NCBI GenBank assembly: GCA_020632515.1
Contig: JACKFK010000004.1
Coordinates: forward strand, 68-64,067
Origin: Candidatus Omnitrophota bacterium
Lineage (GTDB): Bacteria; Omnitrophota; Gorgyraeia; Zapsychrales; Zapsychraceae
DNA: 64,000 nt
Direction: 5' to 3'
The notes under the pieces: generated by a model
What the model was told of the DNA's origin: nothing
Database searches by the model: none
What the model saw: the letters and a program-made list of their open reading frames with translations, nothing else
Translations under genes and position numbers: made by a program
Shown here: positions 20,299 to 27,946 of the stretch, in pieces
How positions within the stretch are numbered: position 1 is the stretch's first letter
How the letters are laid out: every line of letters starts with the position of its first letter

Positions 20299-22050
20299 AT
20301 GAATATTCCTCTAATACGCCGTCGCCATTGGGCGTTAGGAGTAATTCTTTTTCTCACCTTTATTTGTTACTTGCCTGTCTTGCAGCATCAATTCCTAAAT
20401 TGGGACGACCCCAAACATCTGCTTGATAACACAGCTGTTGCTTCTTTTAATTTACGAGAAATATTTACCACAACTGTTAGTAATGTTTATGTGCCGTTGA
20501 CATTGTTATCCTTTGCTATTGAACATCATTTTTTTAGATTTTATCCGCTAGTCTTTCATTTAAATAATCTTTTTTTACATCTGGCAGTAACAGCTCTTGT
20601 TTATATTTTTGTCCGACAGCTGGGGTTATCGACGGTAACTGCAACGGTCAGCGCATGTCTGTTTGCTTTGCATCCAGCTCATGTAGAATCGGTTGCTTGG
20701 ATTACGGAACGTAAAGATGTGCTTTATGCGTTTTTTTATCTTAACGCCATGATTTTTTATTTAAAATATCAACAGCATAAAAGAAGGCGGTTCTATTTAT
20801 TATCTTTATTGGCGGGATTTCTTAGTATTTTAGCTAAACCTATGGCTTTAAGTTTGCCTTTAGTGTTGCTCTCGTTAGATTGGCTGGCTGCTGGTCGGAT
20901 TACTCGACAGAACTTAGTGACGAAAATTCCGTTTCTATTTTTTATTATCCCGATTGCAGGGATCACATACATGCATAACACGCATACATTATCGCTAGAT
21001 TCAAATTTAGGACAGGGTTTGTTGTTGTTTGTATGGACGGTATTTTTTTATGTGCGACAATTTTTCTGGCCGGTGGATTTGACAGTGATTTATACTATGC
21101 CGGAACCGGTTGCGTTCAATAATCCACAATATGCTGCGGCGCTTGTCTTCTTCTTAGCTGCAATTTATTTTGTTTACCATTTTCGTGCAAACAGAATTTT
21201 TGTTTGGACTTTTATTTATTATGTTTGCTCGATGTTTTTTTTGTTCCGCTACAATAAGATTCCAGATTTGAATTTTGTGGCGGATCGATTTATGTATTTG
21301 CCGTGTTTAGGATTTTGTATTCTCGTTGGACTTTTTTCTAAAAGGAAACTGTTCTCTTTGATTTTATTAGGGATGTTAGTGTTAACGCTGATGGGGGTAA
21401 AGACTTATCAGCAAACATTGGTATGGAGAAATAGCGAAACTTTTTGGACGTTTATTATTGAAAATAATCCCCAGTTGGCCCTAGCTTATAATAATCGCGG
21501 GCGGGCATTGCTAGTGGAAGGACGAGATGAAGAAGCTTTGCAAGATTTTTCAAAAGCGTTGAACTTAGATCCACAGTTTGAGGAAGCTTATAATAATCGC
21601 GGCAATCTGTATTACCGACAAAAGAAATTTAATGATGCGCTTGCTGATTTTAACGCGGCGTTAGCGATTAATCCGTATTTTAAGGAAAGTTATAATAATA
21701 TTGGTAATATTTATGCTGTGCAGAATGATTTTGTCCGGGCGATTCAATATTTTAATCAAGTCATTAATATTGATCGAAATGACAGCGATGCTTATTATAA
21801 CCGGGCGACCGCCTTCGCGTTTCTGGGAAAGTATGAACTAGCATTGAAAGATTATTCGCAGGTTATTGCGTTAAACGATCGTTATGCAGCCGCTTATTAT
21901 AATCGTTCTTTAATATTTAAGTCGCAGGGAAAATTTGCGTTAGCTTTACAGGATGCGTTGAGAGCTCAGAAAATAGGATTTAATGTCAGTGAAACATATA
22001 TATTGGAATTGAAAAATAAAGATGAAAATAACGGAGATGTTCATTTATAA
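20299..22050 (+). CDS. TMTC-like membrane glycosyltransferase (GT-C/DUF1736-type N-domain) with C-terminal TPR repeats, copy 1
   Basis: 583 aa. First-loop acidic motif FLNWDDPKHLLDN, DUF1736-like HPAHVESVAWITERKDVLYAF, about 10 TM helices, then at least 7 TPR units (AYNNRG.., AYYNR..). Confidence 0.75.
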   Translation: MNIPLIRRRHWALGVILFLTFICYLPVLQHQFLNWDDPKHLLDNTAVASFNLREIFTTTVSNVYVPLTLLSFAIEHHFFRFYPLVFHLNNLFLHLAVTALVYIFVRQLGLSTVTATVSACLFALHPAHVESVAWITERKDVLYAFFYLNAMIFYLKYQQHKRRRFYLLSLLAGFLSILAKPMALSLPLVLLSLDWLAAGRITRQNLVTKIPFLFFIIPIAGITYMHNTHTLSLDSNLGQGLLLFVWTVFFYVRQFFWPVDLTVIYTMPEPVAFNNPQYAAALVFFLAAIYFVYHFRANRIFVWTFIYYVCSMFFLFRYNKIPDLNFVADRFMYLPCLGFCILVGLFSKRKLFSLILLGMLVLTLMGVKTYQQTLVWRNSETFWTFIIENNPQLALAYNNRGRALLVEGRDEEALQDFSKALNLDPQFEEAYNNRGNLYYRQKKFNDALADFNAALAINPYFKESYNNIGNIYAVQNDFVRAIQYFNQVINIDRNDSDAYYNRATAFAFLGKYELALKDYSQVIALNDRYAAAYYNRSLIFKSQGKFALALQDALRAQKIGFNVSETYILELKNKDENNGDVHL

Positions 22051-22081
22051 TGGTGAATATTTAATCATAAAAGGAGGAAGT

Positions 22082-22420
22082 ATGGGGCGTGACAGCGAAG
22101 CAGAAATTATTTCATTGGTAAAGGATTTACAGAAGCGGATGACGTATTTAGAAAAGAAAATTGACATCTTGGTTCAGCAATCCTCGGAAAAGTCTCAAAA
22201 TGTTAAAAGTTATTCTCAGAAATCTCAGACGTATGGAGGAGCGCAACGATTTAATGACAAACAGGACAAGCGTTTTGGACCTAAAAATGAACGTTATGGG
22301 CGTTCGTTTAAAAATAAACAAAACAATGAAAATCGGGACAATTCAAAAGGTGGGAAATTTTTTAATTCCATTAGTAAGGGAGCAGGTAAATCGCACTATG
22401 GAACAGATGCAAGAAAGTAA
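22082..22420 (+). CDS. hypothetical small basic protein (coiled-coil N-terminus, K/N/Q/G-rich tail)
   Basis: 112 aa from ATG 22082, behind AAAGGAGGAAG. The ORF-track start at 22022 lies inside the upstream gene. No family recognised. Confidence 0.5.
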   Translation: MGRDSEAEIISLVKDLQKRMTYLEKKIDILVQQSSEKSQNVKSYSQKSQTYGGAQRFNDKQDKRFGPKNERYGRSFKNKQNNENRDNSKGGKFFNSISKGAGKSHYGTDARK

Positions 22421-23942
22421 TTTAGTGAATGAGGTCAGAGCGAGCATTTCTTTATTAACTCAATTGGCTGATCATCCTGAAATATGGGAAATGCTTAACG
22501 AAAAAGAACGTATTGATCTTATGAAAGCGGCCGGTCGGATTGCCCGTCCCACCCGGGAAGAACAAAAGCAAAGGGAATATGCCCGTATTAAGAATCGTCG
22601 TCAACGGATTGTACAGCAAGAGCGGGCCGTTCGAGCAAAAACAGGTATCCGTAGAGCCCGGGACACTGCTGTTTTTACAGCGCCGAAACGATTATTCGCG
22701 GTGGACGCAGGATCGCTAATTGAAAATTTTCAACTGCAACGGCCTCGTAATTGTTATGTGTGCAAGGCAGAATATAATCAACTTCACTTTTTTTATGATT
22801 CCATGTGTCAAAAATGCGCGGAATTTAATTATAAAAAACGATTTCAAACGGCAGATTTATCAGGGCAAATCGCGATAATCACGGGATCGCGTTTAAAAAT
22901 TGGGTATCAAGCAACTTTAATGATGCTGCGCGCCGGTGCATCAGTGATTGCGACCACACGGTTTCCTGTAGATTCAGCTTTGCGCTATGCGCGGGAAAAA
23001 GATTTTCAACAATGGAAAAATAATCTTCATATTTACGGTCTTGATCTGCGACATACCCCCAGTGTTGAGATTTTTTGCAAATATATACAGCAGCGATATT
23101 CACGGTTGGATCTTTTAATTAATAACGCGGCGCAAACAGTTCGCCGGCCAGCAGGATTTTATACGCATCTAATAGCGAATGAACAATTACCCCCGACGGA
23201 TTTGCCGCGTGATATACAATTATTACTTAGTGATTATGAAGAGTGTAAACGGATGCTAGGTCTTTATTCCGCATCTAGTGGTTCTAAAAAAGAAATTCAA
23301 ACAATCAGCTGGATTGAAAATTCTCCTGGTATTGGATTGTGTTCTCCCGCAGAGCTTTCCCAAATACCTTATTCGTATGACCATTCATTACAAGTGGATG
23401 AAGTTTTTCCGCCGGGAAAATTAGATATTGATTTACAGCAAGTTGATTTACGAAAAAATAATAGCTGGCGTTTACGTTTGGGTGAAATCGAAATTTCTGA
23501 AATGTTTGAATTGCAATTGGTCAATGCTATTGCGCCGTTCGTTCTATGCAATGAGTTGGAACCGATGATGAAAAAAGATTTTACTGGGAAGAAACATATC
23601 GTCAATGTTAGCGCGATGGAAGGTAAGTTTCATCGATTTAAGAAAGCGGATCGGCATCCGCATACAAATATGGCAAAGGCCGCGCTTAACATGCTGACCC
23701 ATACTTCAGCAGGAAGTTTAGTGAAAGACGGAATTTATATGAATGCTGTTGATACGGGTTGGGTTACCGACGAGGATCCAGTGCAGCTGTCGTTGCAAAA
23801 ACAGAAAGTACATGACTTTCAACCGCCCCTTGATATTGTTGACGGTGCTGCGCGAGTGTGTGATCCTTTCTTTGATGGTATTAATACAGGAAAGCATTGG
23901 TGTGGGAAGTTTTTAAAAGATTATTTTCCGATAGATTGGTAA
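22398..23942 (+). CDS. atypical SDR-family oxidoreductase with N-terminal helical region plus CxxC..CxxC zinc ribbon
   Basis: 514 aa from ATG 22398, overlapping the upstream stop by 23 nt. Cys119/122/137/140 (22752-22817). Rossmann [45 protein letters not shown], and TNMAKAAL in place of YxxxK. The ORF-track start at 22161 is probably an out-of-frame run-in. Confidence 0.75.
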   Translation: MEQMQESNLVNEVRASISLLTQLADHPEIWEMLNEKERIDLMKAAGRIARPTREEQKQREYARIKNRRQRIVQQERAVRAKTGIRRARDTAVFTAPKRLFAVDAGSLIENFQLQRPRNCYVCKAEYNQLHFFYDSMCQKCAEFNYKKRFQTADLSGQIAIITGSRLKIGYQATLMMLRAGASVIATTRFPVDSALRYAREKDFQQWKNNLHIYGLDLRHTPSVEIFCKYIQQRYSRLDLLINNAAQTVRRPAGFYTHLIANEQLPPTDLPRDIQLLLSDYEECKRMLGLYSASSGSKKEIQTISWIENSPGIGLCSPAELSQIPYSYDHSLQVDEVFPPGKLDIDLQQVDLRKNNSWRLRLGEIEISEMFELQLVNAIAPFVLCNELEPMMKKDFTGKKHIVNVSAMEGKFHRFKKADRHPHTNMAKAALNMLTHTSAGSLVKDGIYMNAVDTGWVTDEDPVQLSLQKQKVHDFQPPLDIVDGAARVCDPFFDGINTGKHWCGKFLKDYFPIDW

Positions 23943-23963
23943 TAAACTTTTGAAAGATTTTAA

Positions 23964-24311
23964 ATGATCATAAAAACTATAATAATACTCATGTTGGTAA
24001 CACTGATGGCTAACGTTGGGCATAGCCAGGATACCCAGCAACTTATCGGACAAGTTGCTGAGATTTATGCTGGGAATGCCGCAGAGGACGGGGGTTTTAT
24101 TGGTGGTTTCTCGTTATGGGGCCTTGTTGGTGGATTTATATTTGGAAGTATCGGGTTTATTGCCTTTGTGTACGGCAAAAAAAATGCTGAGTATAGACCT
24201 CTTCTGATTGGAATTGCGATGATGGCGTATCCGTATTTTTTTCAGAAAACTATTGCGATTTATCTAATAGGTTTAGGATTAACCGCTGCGTTATATTTTT
24301 TCCGCGAATAA
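23964..24311 (+). CDS. hypothetical small membrane protein (3-4 TM)
   Basis: 115 aa. Hydrophobic N-terminus, a Gly/Phe-rich helix GGFIGGFSLWGLVGGFIFGSIGFIAFVYG, and two more helices. No family recognised. Confidence 0.55.
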   Translation: MIIKTIIILMLVTLMANVGHSQDTQQLIGQVAEIYAGNAAEDGGFIGGFSLWGLVGGFIFGSIGFIAFVYGKKNAEYRPLLIGIAMMAYPYFFQKTIAIYLIGLGLTAALYFFRE

Positions 24312-24357
24312 ATTAAATTTAATGTTATATGTAGCTTTATTATAGATTGGTGTAATT

Positions 24358-24555
24358 ATGGAAAACAGAATTATAGAGCTTGAAAAAAGAATTTTATTTC
24401 TTGATCATCAAATAGAGGAATTAAATGAAGCGTTGATTTATCAAGGGAAGGTGATTGAGGAGCTTAAGATTCAACTTAAGAATTTTAATGATCAACTGCA
24501 AAGCGGGTCGCTTGTGCGTAAGCTGGAGGACGAAGAGCCTCCACCACATTATTGA
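24358..24555 (+). CDS. slyX: SlyX-family protein
   Basis: 65-aa coiled coil. IEELNEAL core and C-terminal EEPPPHY. From memory, E. coli SlyX also ends in PPPHY. Confidence 0.75.
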   Translation: MENRIIELEKRILFLDHQIEELNEALIYQGKVIEELKIQLKNFNDQLQSGSLVRKLEDEEPPPHY

Positions 24556-26567
24556 TAATAAAAGGATTAACCTTAAGATTGACTCTCCAGAAAAAAGTTT
24601 ATTCCACCGAAAAAAAACGATTTCAGCATTTTTGGATATTAAGCGCGGTTTTATTAGGTGCTTTTTTATCTTACTCGCCGAATCTCAGCCATGACTTCAC
24701 TAATTGGGATGATAAACTGCATGTGATTGACAATCCCCTGATCCGTTCTTTAAAGCCGGCAGACATTGGGCGGCTTTTCAAAACCACTGTCAGCGACATT
24801 TATGTGCCTCTAACTATGCTGACGTTTGCGGTGGAATATCATTTCTTTAAACTCAATCCGTTGATTTATCATTTGAATAATGTGCTGCTGCATTTAGGGG
24901 TGGTGGTATTAATCTATTGGCTGGCTTTACGTATTGGTTTATCCACGCAGGCGGCTGCGTTTTCTGCTTTGCTATTTGCGATTCATCCAATTCACGTCGA
25001 GCCTGTAGCTTGGATTAGTGAGCGCAAAGATGTTTTATACGCTTTTCTTTATATGTTTGCGTTACTCAGCTACTGGTCTTACCTAAAAGAAGGGAAAGTA
25101 AAGTTTTACTGGATGACATTTCTTCTCGGGGCGTTAAGCATCTGTGCCAAACCCATGGCGGTGAGTCTGCCGGTGGTGTTACTGGTGTATGATTGGTTGG
25201 CCCGACGGCCGTGGTCGTTAAGAATATTTTTAGAAAAACTGCCGTTTTTTGTTTATGTGCTGCCTATCGCATGGCTGACCCATCAACTAAATCCCGGGGT
25301 GATAGCAGCGCGGCCTAGTATAAGCGAATCAATCCTTTTGTATGTCTGGACATTTATTCACTATCTACGGAAATTTTTTTGGCCGTTTCATTTGGTGCCG
25401 GTCTATGATTTGCCGCAGCCGATTGGATTGTTTCAGTGGGAATATGGACTATCGCTTCTGGGATTCTTGCTGCTGTTTGTTTTATTAATTCGCTTTCGTC
25501 GAAATCGTTTATTGGTTTTCGCGGTTCTTCATTATTTTGCATCGATCTTTTTTGTTTTGCGTTTAGGAATTCCTAATGACACCCAGATGGTGGTGGACCG
25601 GTACATGTATCTGCCGAGTTTAGGGTTTTGTTTTCTTATCGGCGTTATTTTAGACAAAGGATGCGGTTTTACGAAAGACAAACGAGGAACTTCTATTTTA
25701 GTAATTGCTTTGTTCGCGGTATTATCAGTGCTTACCTATAAACAATCCCAAATCTGGAGAAATAGTGAAACATTGTTAACTTACATTATTGATCATGTGA
25801 AAGGCAGCGCGATCGCGCATAATCACCGGGGTAGTTATTATTCCCAACAGAAACAATTTAATTTGGCTTTGGTGGATTTTAACCGCGCGCTTGAGTTTAG
25901 TCCGGATTACGCGTACGCCTATAATAACCGCGGATTGATTTTTAAGAATCAAGGAGATCTGACCAGCGCCTTAGAAGATTTTAATAAGGCGATAGAACTT
26001 GATGATCAATATTATGAGGCCTACTATCATCGGGCCAATCTTTTTCGTTTATTAAAGGATTATAATTTGGCGTTGAAAGATTTGAATAAAAGCCTGGCGC
26101 TTAAACCAGTATTTAGCGAGGGATATCTGCAACGCGGTCAAGTGTACGCTTTGATGAAGAAGTATGATTTAGCGATCGCAGATTTTGATCAGGCCGTACA
26201 CTTAGATCCGAACCTTACGATGGCGTACCGTCATCAGGCGGATGCGGCGATTCAAATGAATAACTTTCCAAGCGCTTTGACCGATTATAACCGTTATCTG
26301 CAGGTGAATAAAACAGATGGGGAAGCTTTTTATAACCGTGGCAATATTTACGCGCATCTGCGCAATTATCCTGCGGCGATTGAGGATTATTCGCAGACCA
26401 TTCAGCTGGATCCCGCACATCCAAACGCTTATCATAACCGGTCGCTGGCTTTTTTTACTTTGGATGAATACGTAAAGGCTTTGGCAGATGCGCTTAAAGT
26501 AGAAGAGCTTGGCGGGAATATTAATTCACGGTATATCCGGAATTTAAAAACGCTAATTGCGAAATAA
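24552..26567 (+). CDS. TMTC-like membrane glycosyltransferase (GT-C/DUF1736-type) with C-terminal TPR repeats, copy 2
   Basis: 671 aa. FTNWDDKLHVIDN, HPIHVEPVAWISERKDVLYAF, polytopic body, at least 8 TPR units. No ATG near the start. Candidate starts are TTG 24552 (overlapping the slyX TGA) or TTG 24579 (AAAGGA Shine-Dalgarno upstream). Confidence 0.75.
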   Translation: MIIKGLTLRLTLQKKVYSTEKKRFQHFWILSAVLLGAFLSYSPNLSHDFTNWDDKLHVIDNPLIRSLKPADIGRLFKTTVSDIYVPLTMLTFAVEYHFFKLNPLIYHLNNVLLHLGVVVLIYWLALRIGLSTQAAAFSALLFAIHPIHVEPVAWISERKDVLYAFLYMFALLSYWSYLKEGKVKFYWMTFLLGALSICAKPMAVSLPVVLLVYDWLARRPWSLRIFLEKLPFFVYVLPIAWLTHQLNPGVIAARPSISESILLYVWTFIHYLRKFFWPFHLVPVYDLPQPIGLFQWEYGLSLLGFLLLFVLLIRFRRNRLLVFAVLHYFASIFFVLRLGIPNDTQMVVDRYMYLPSLGFCFLIGVILDKGCGFTKDKRGTSILVIALFAVLSVLTYKQSQIWRNSETLLTYIIDHVKGSAIAHNHRGSYYSQQKQFNLALVDFNRALEFSPDYAYAYNNRGLIFKNQGDLTSALEDFNKAIELDDQYYEAYYHRANLFRLLKDYNLALKDLNKSLALKPVFSEGYLQRGQVYALMKKYDLAIADFDQAVHLDPNLTMAYRHQADAAIQMNNFPSALTDYNRYLQVNKTDGEAFYNRGNIYAHLRNYPAAIEDYSQTIQLDPAHPNAYHNRSLAFFTLDEYVKALADALKVEELGGNINSRYIRNLKTLIAK

Positions 26568-26587
26568 TTTTCTCTGAAAAGACTAGA

Positions 26588-26995
26588 TTAGTTTAAATAT
26601 CGGCTAACAAATTGTGTTGGCTTTAAGACTTCAATTCCATGATAACCGGAAATATCAATTAAGTCTTTATCTCCGCTGACAATAATTTTTGTCTTGCTTG
26701 TGATCGCACAAGCAATAAATTTATCATCTTTGGGATCTCTGCAGATAGGAAAGGGGAGTTCGTTCGGGATATGTATATTTGAATATCGTAGAAGTTTATT
26801 AAGAAATTGATCAATGTTGACATCAGGAAAGTTATGTTGAAGTCTTTTTATAACGTCGATATATTCAGTTAAAATATTAGGGGTAATAATGAGTTCAATC
26901 TTATCTTCAATAAAGGCTATAACAATTTTTCCGGGAGGGCCTGATCGAAAAAATATTCCTGAAACTAATACATTTGTATCAAGTATAATTTTCAC
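26588..26995 (-). CDS. PIN-domain toxin
   Basis: 135 aa. MKIILDTNVLVSG N-terminal PIN motif and C-terminal IVSGDKDL. 1-nt overlap with the upstream antitoxin gene. Confidence 0.8.
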   Translation of the reverse strand: MKIILDTNVLVSGIFFRSGPPGKIVIAFIEDKIELIITPNILTEYIDVIKRLQHNFPDVNIDQFLNKLLRYSNIHIPNELPFPICRDPKDDKFIACAITSKTKIIVSGDKDLIDISGYHGIEVLKPTQFVSRYLN

Positions 26996-27264
26996 TAAGA
27001 TTTCTTCTCTGCGCGCACTTCTTTAATAGCTTTAGCAATGTCAGACTTCTTCATGCCAGCTTTACGGGCTTGTCTGCGAGCATCTTTAAGAAGGTTCATA
27101 AATTCATCTTTAGAGGGGGGAGTGATTGCTTTAAAGATAATGGAATCTTCATTTCCAAAAACAACAAATTGAGTTCCTGGTTTTAGACCTAAGCGGTTTC
27201 GGACATCCTCTGGAATTACCACCTGCCCTTTTGATGTTAATTTGGTTGTTGAAAATTTAATCAT
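26995..27264 (-). CDS. AbrB/MazE/SpoVT-family antitoxin
   Basis: 89 aa. SpoVT-AbrB swapped-hairpin motif KLTSKGQVVIPEDVRNRLGLKPGTQFVV. AAAGGAGA Shine-Dalgarno upstream. Confidence 0.8.
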   Translation of the reverse strand: MIKFSTTKLTSKGQVVIPEDVRNRLGLKPGTQFVVFGNEDSIIFKAITPPSKDEFMNLLKDARRQARKAGMKKSDIAKAIKEVRAEKKS

Positions 27265-27285
27265 TTTTATTCTCCTTTGATTAGC

Positions 27286-27329
27286 TAATCTTACTGGTAA
27301 GATTATAACATTTATTTGTGTTTAGACAA
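27286..27329 (-). promoter_or_regulatory. promoter (TTGTCT-16 nt-TGT-TATAAT) with overlapping 20-bp palindromic operator for the AbrB/PIN cassette
   Basis: Minus-strand reading: TTGTCT (27329-27324), 16-nt spacer ending in TGT (extended -10), TATAAT (27307-27302). The palindrome TAATCTTAC-TG-GTAAGATTA (27286-27305) overlaps the -10 and the start-site region. Confidence 0.5.
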
Positions 27330-27556
27330 GAGAAGTGGGAAGTATTTTGAGAAGATATATTTTCATGGAATCTTAAAAAAATCGTGGTTTTGAAATATGT
27401 ATTTTTAAATTATTGTCATTAAATATCTTACGTAAATATGAAAAATTCTTAAACTCTGATCAATCACTAGCCCAATAGTTGTACATATGTTATCCTTGAA
27501 ACAACTCCTTTCTTATAAAGTATTATAAATACTACTAATTTAAGAAGATTGATTAT

Positions 27557-27946
27557 ATGCAATTTCTACGTAAAGCCAGATGCCGGGGCTTAAGGCAAAC
27601 GGTGGTGATGTTTGTCTTGGCCGCTTTTATTTCCAGTGGTTTCATTTATCCGTTGGAAACCCGCGCTCAGACTTTGCCCACGCCCGGAACCATGTTGGCG
27701 CCAACCCTGAGTTTTGTTCCCGCCGTTATCAAAGCGGTTAAAGTCTTTCCTGAAAATCCGTTTAAATTCGATTTTATTATTGATGCCGGACAGTCTGGGC
27801 TTGAAGGCGAGGACTTAAAACAAGAATCCACCAAACTCATTAAGTATTTCTTTGCGGCGTTGACCGTCCCAGAGAATGAGTTGTGGGTGAATTTATCTCC
27901 CTATGAGCAGGACCGCATTATTCCAGAAAAATTCGGTGTCACGTAA
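27557..27946 (+). CDS. N-terminal fragment (signal peptide plus conserved domain start) of a secreted protein of unknown function, ended by an in-frame TAA
   Basis: 129 aa. Signal-like MQFLRKARCRGLRQTVVMFVLAAFISSGFIYPLETRAQ. Same frame as 27947-29863. TAA at 27944-27946 is followed directly by ATG. Confidence 0.6.
   Translation: MQFLRKARCRGLRQTVVMFVLAAFISSGFIYPLETRAQTLPTPGTMLAPTLSFVPAVIKAVKVFPENPFKFDFIIDAGQSGLEGEDLKQESTKLIKYFFAALTVPENELWVNLSPYEQDRIIPEKFGVT

Noticed and set aside
22161-22397. 5' extensions of ORF-track calls (22161-22397, 15820-15870, 22022-22081, 43747-43836, 46839-46910, 49918-49965, 52434-52487, 58116-58205).
   Set aside because: In each case an internal ATG preceded by a good Shine-Dalgarno matches the expected N-terminus of the family. 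The extension overlaps the upstream gene or lacks a Shine-Dalgarno.
27944-27946. Alternative genetic code (TAA read as sense) as the explanation for the in-frame stop.
   Set aside because: TAA, TAG and TGA all coincide with the expected C-termini of many conserved genes in the window (e.g. rpsB TAA, pyrH TAG, ptsH TGA). The standard bacterial code therefore fits.
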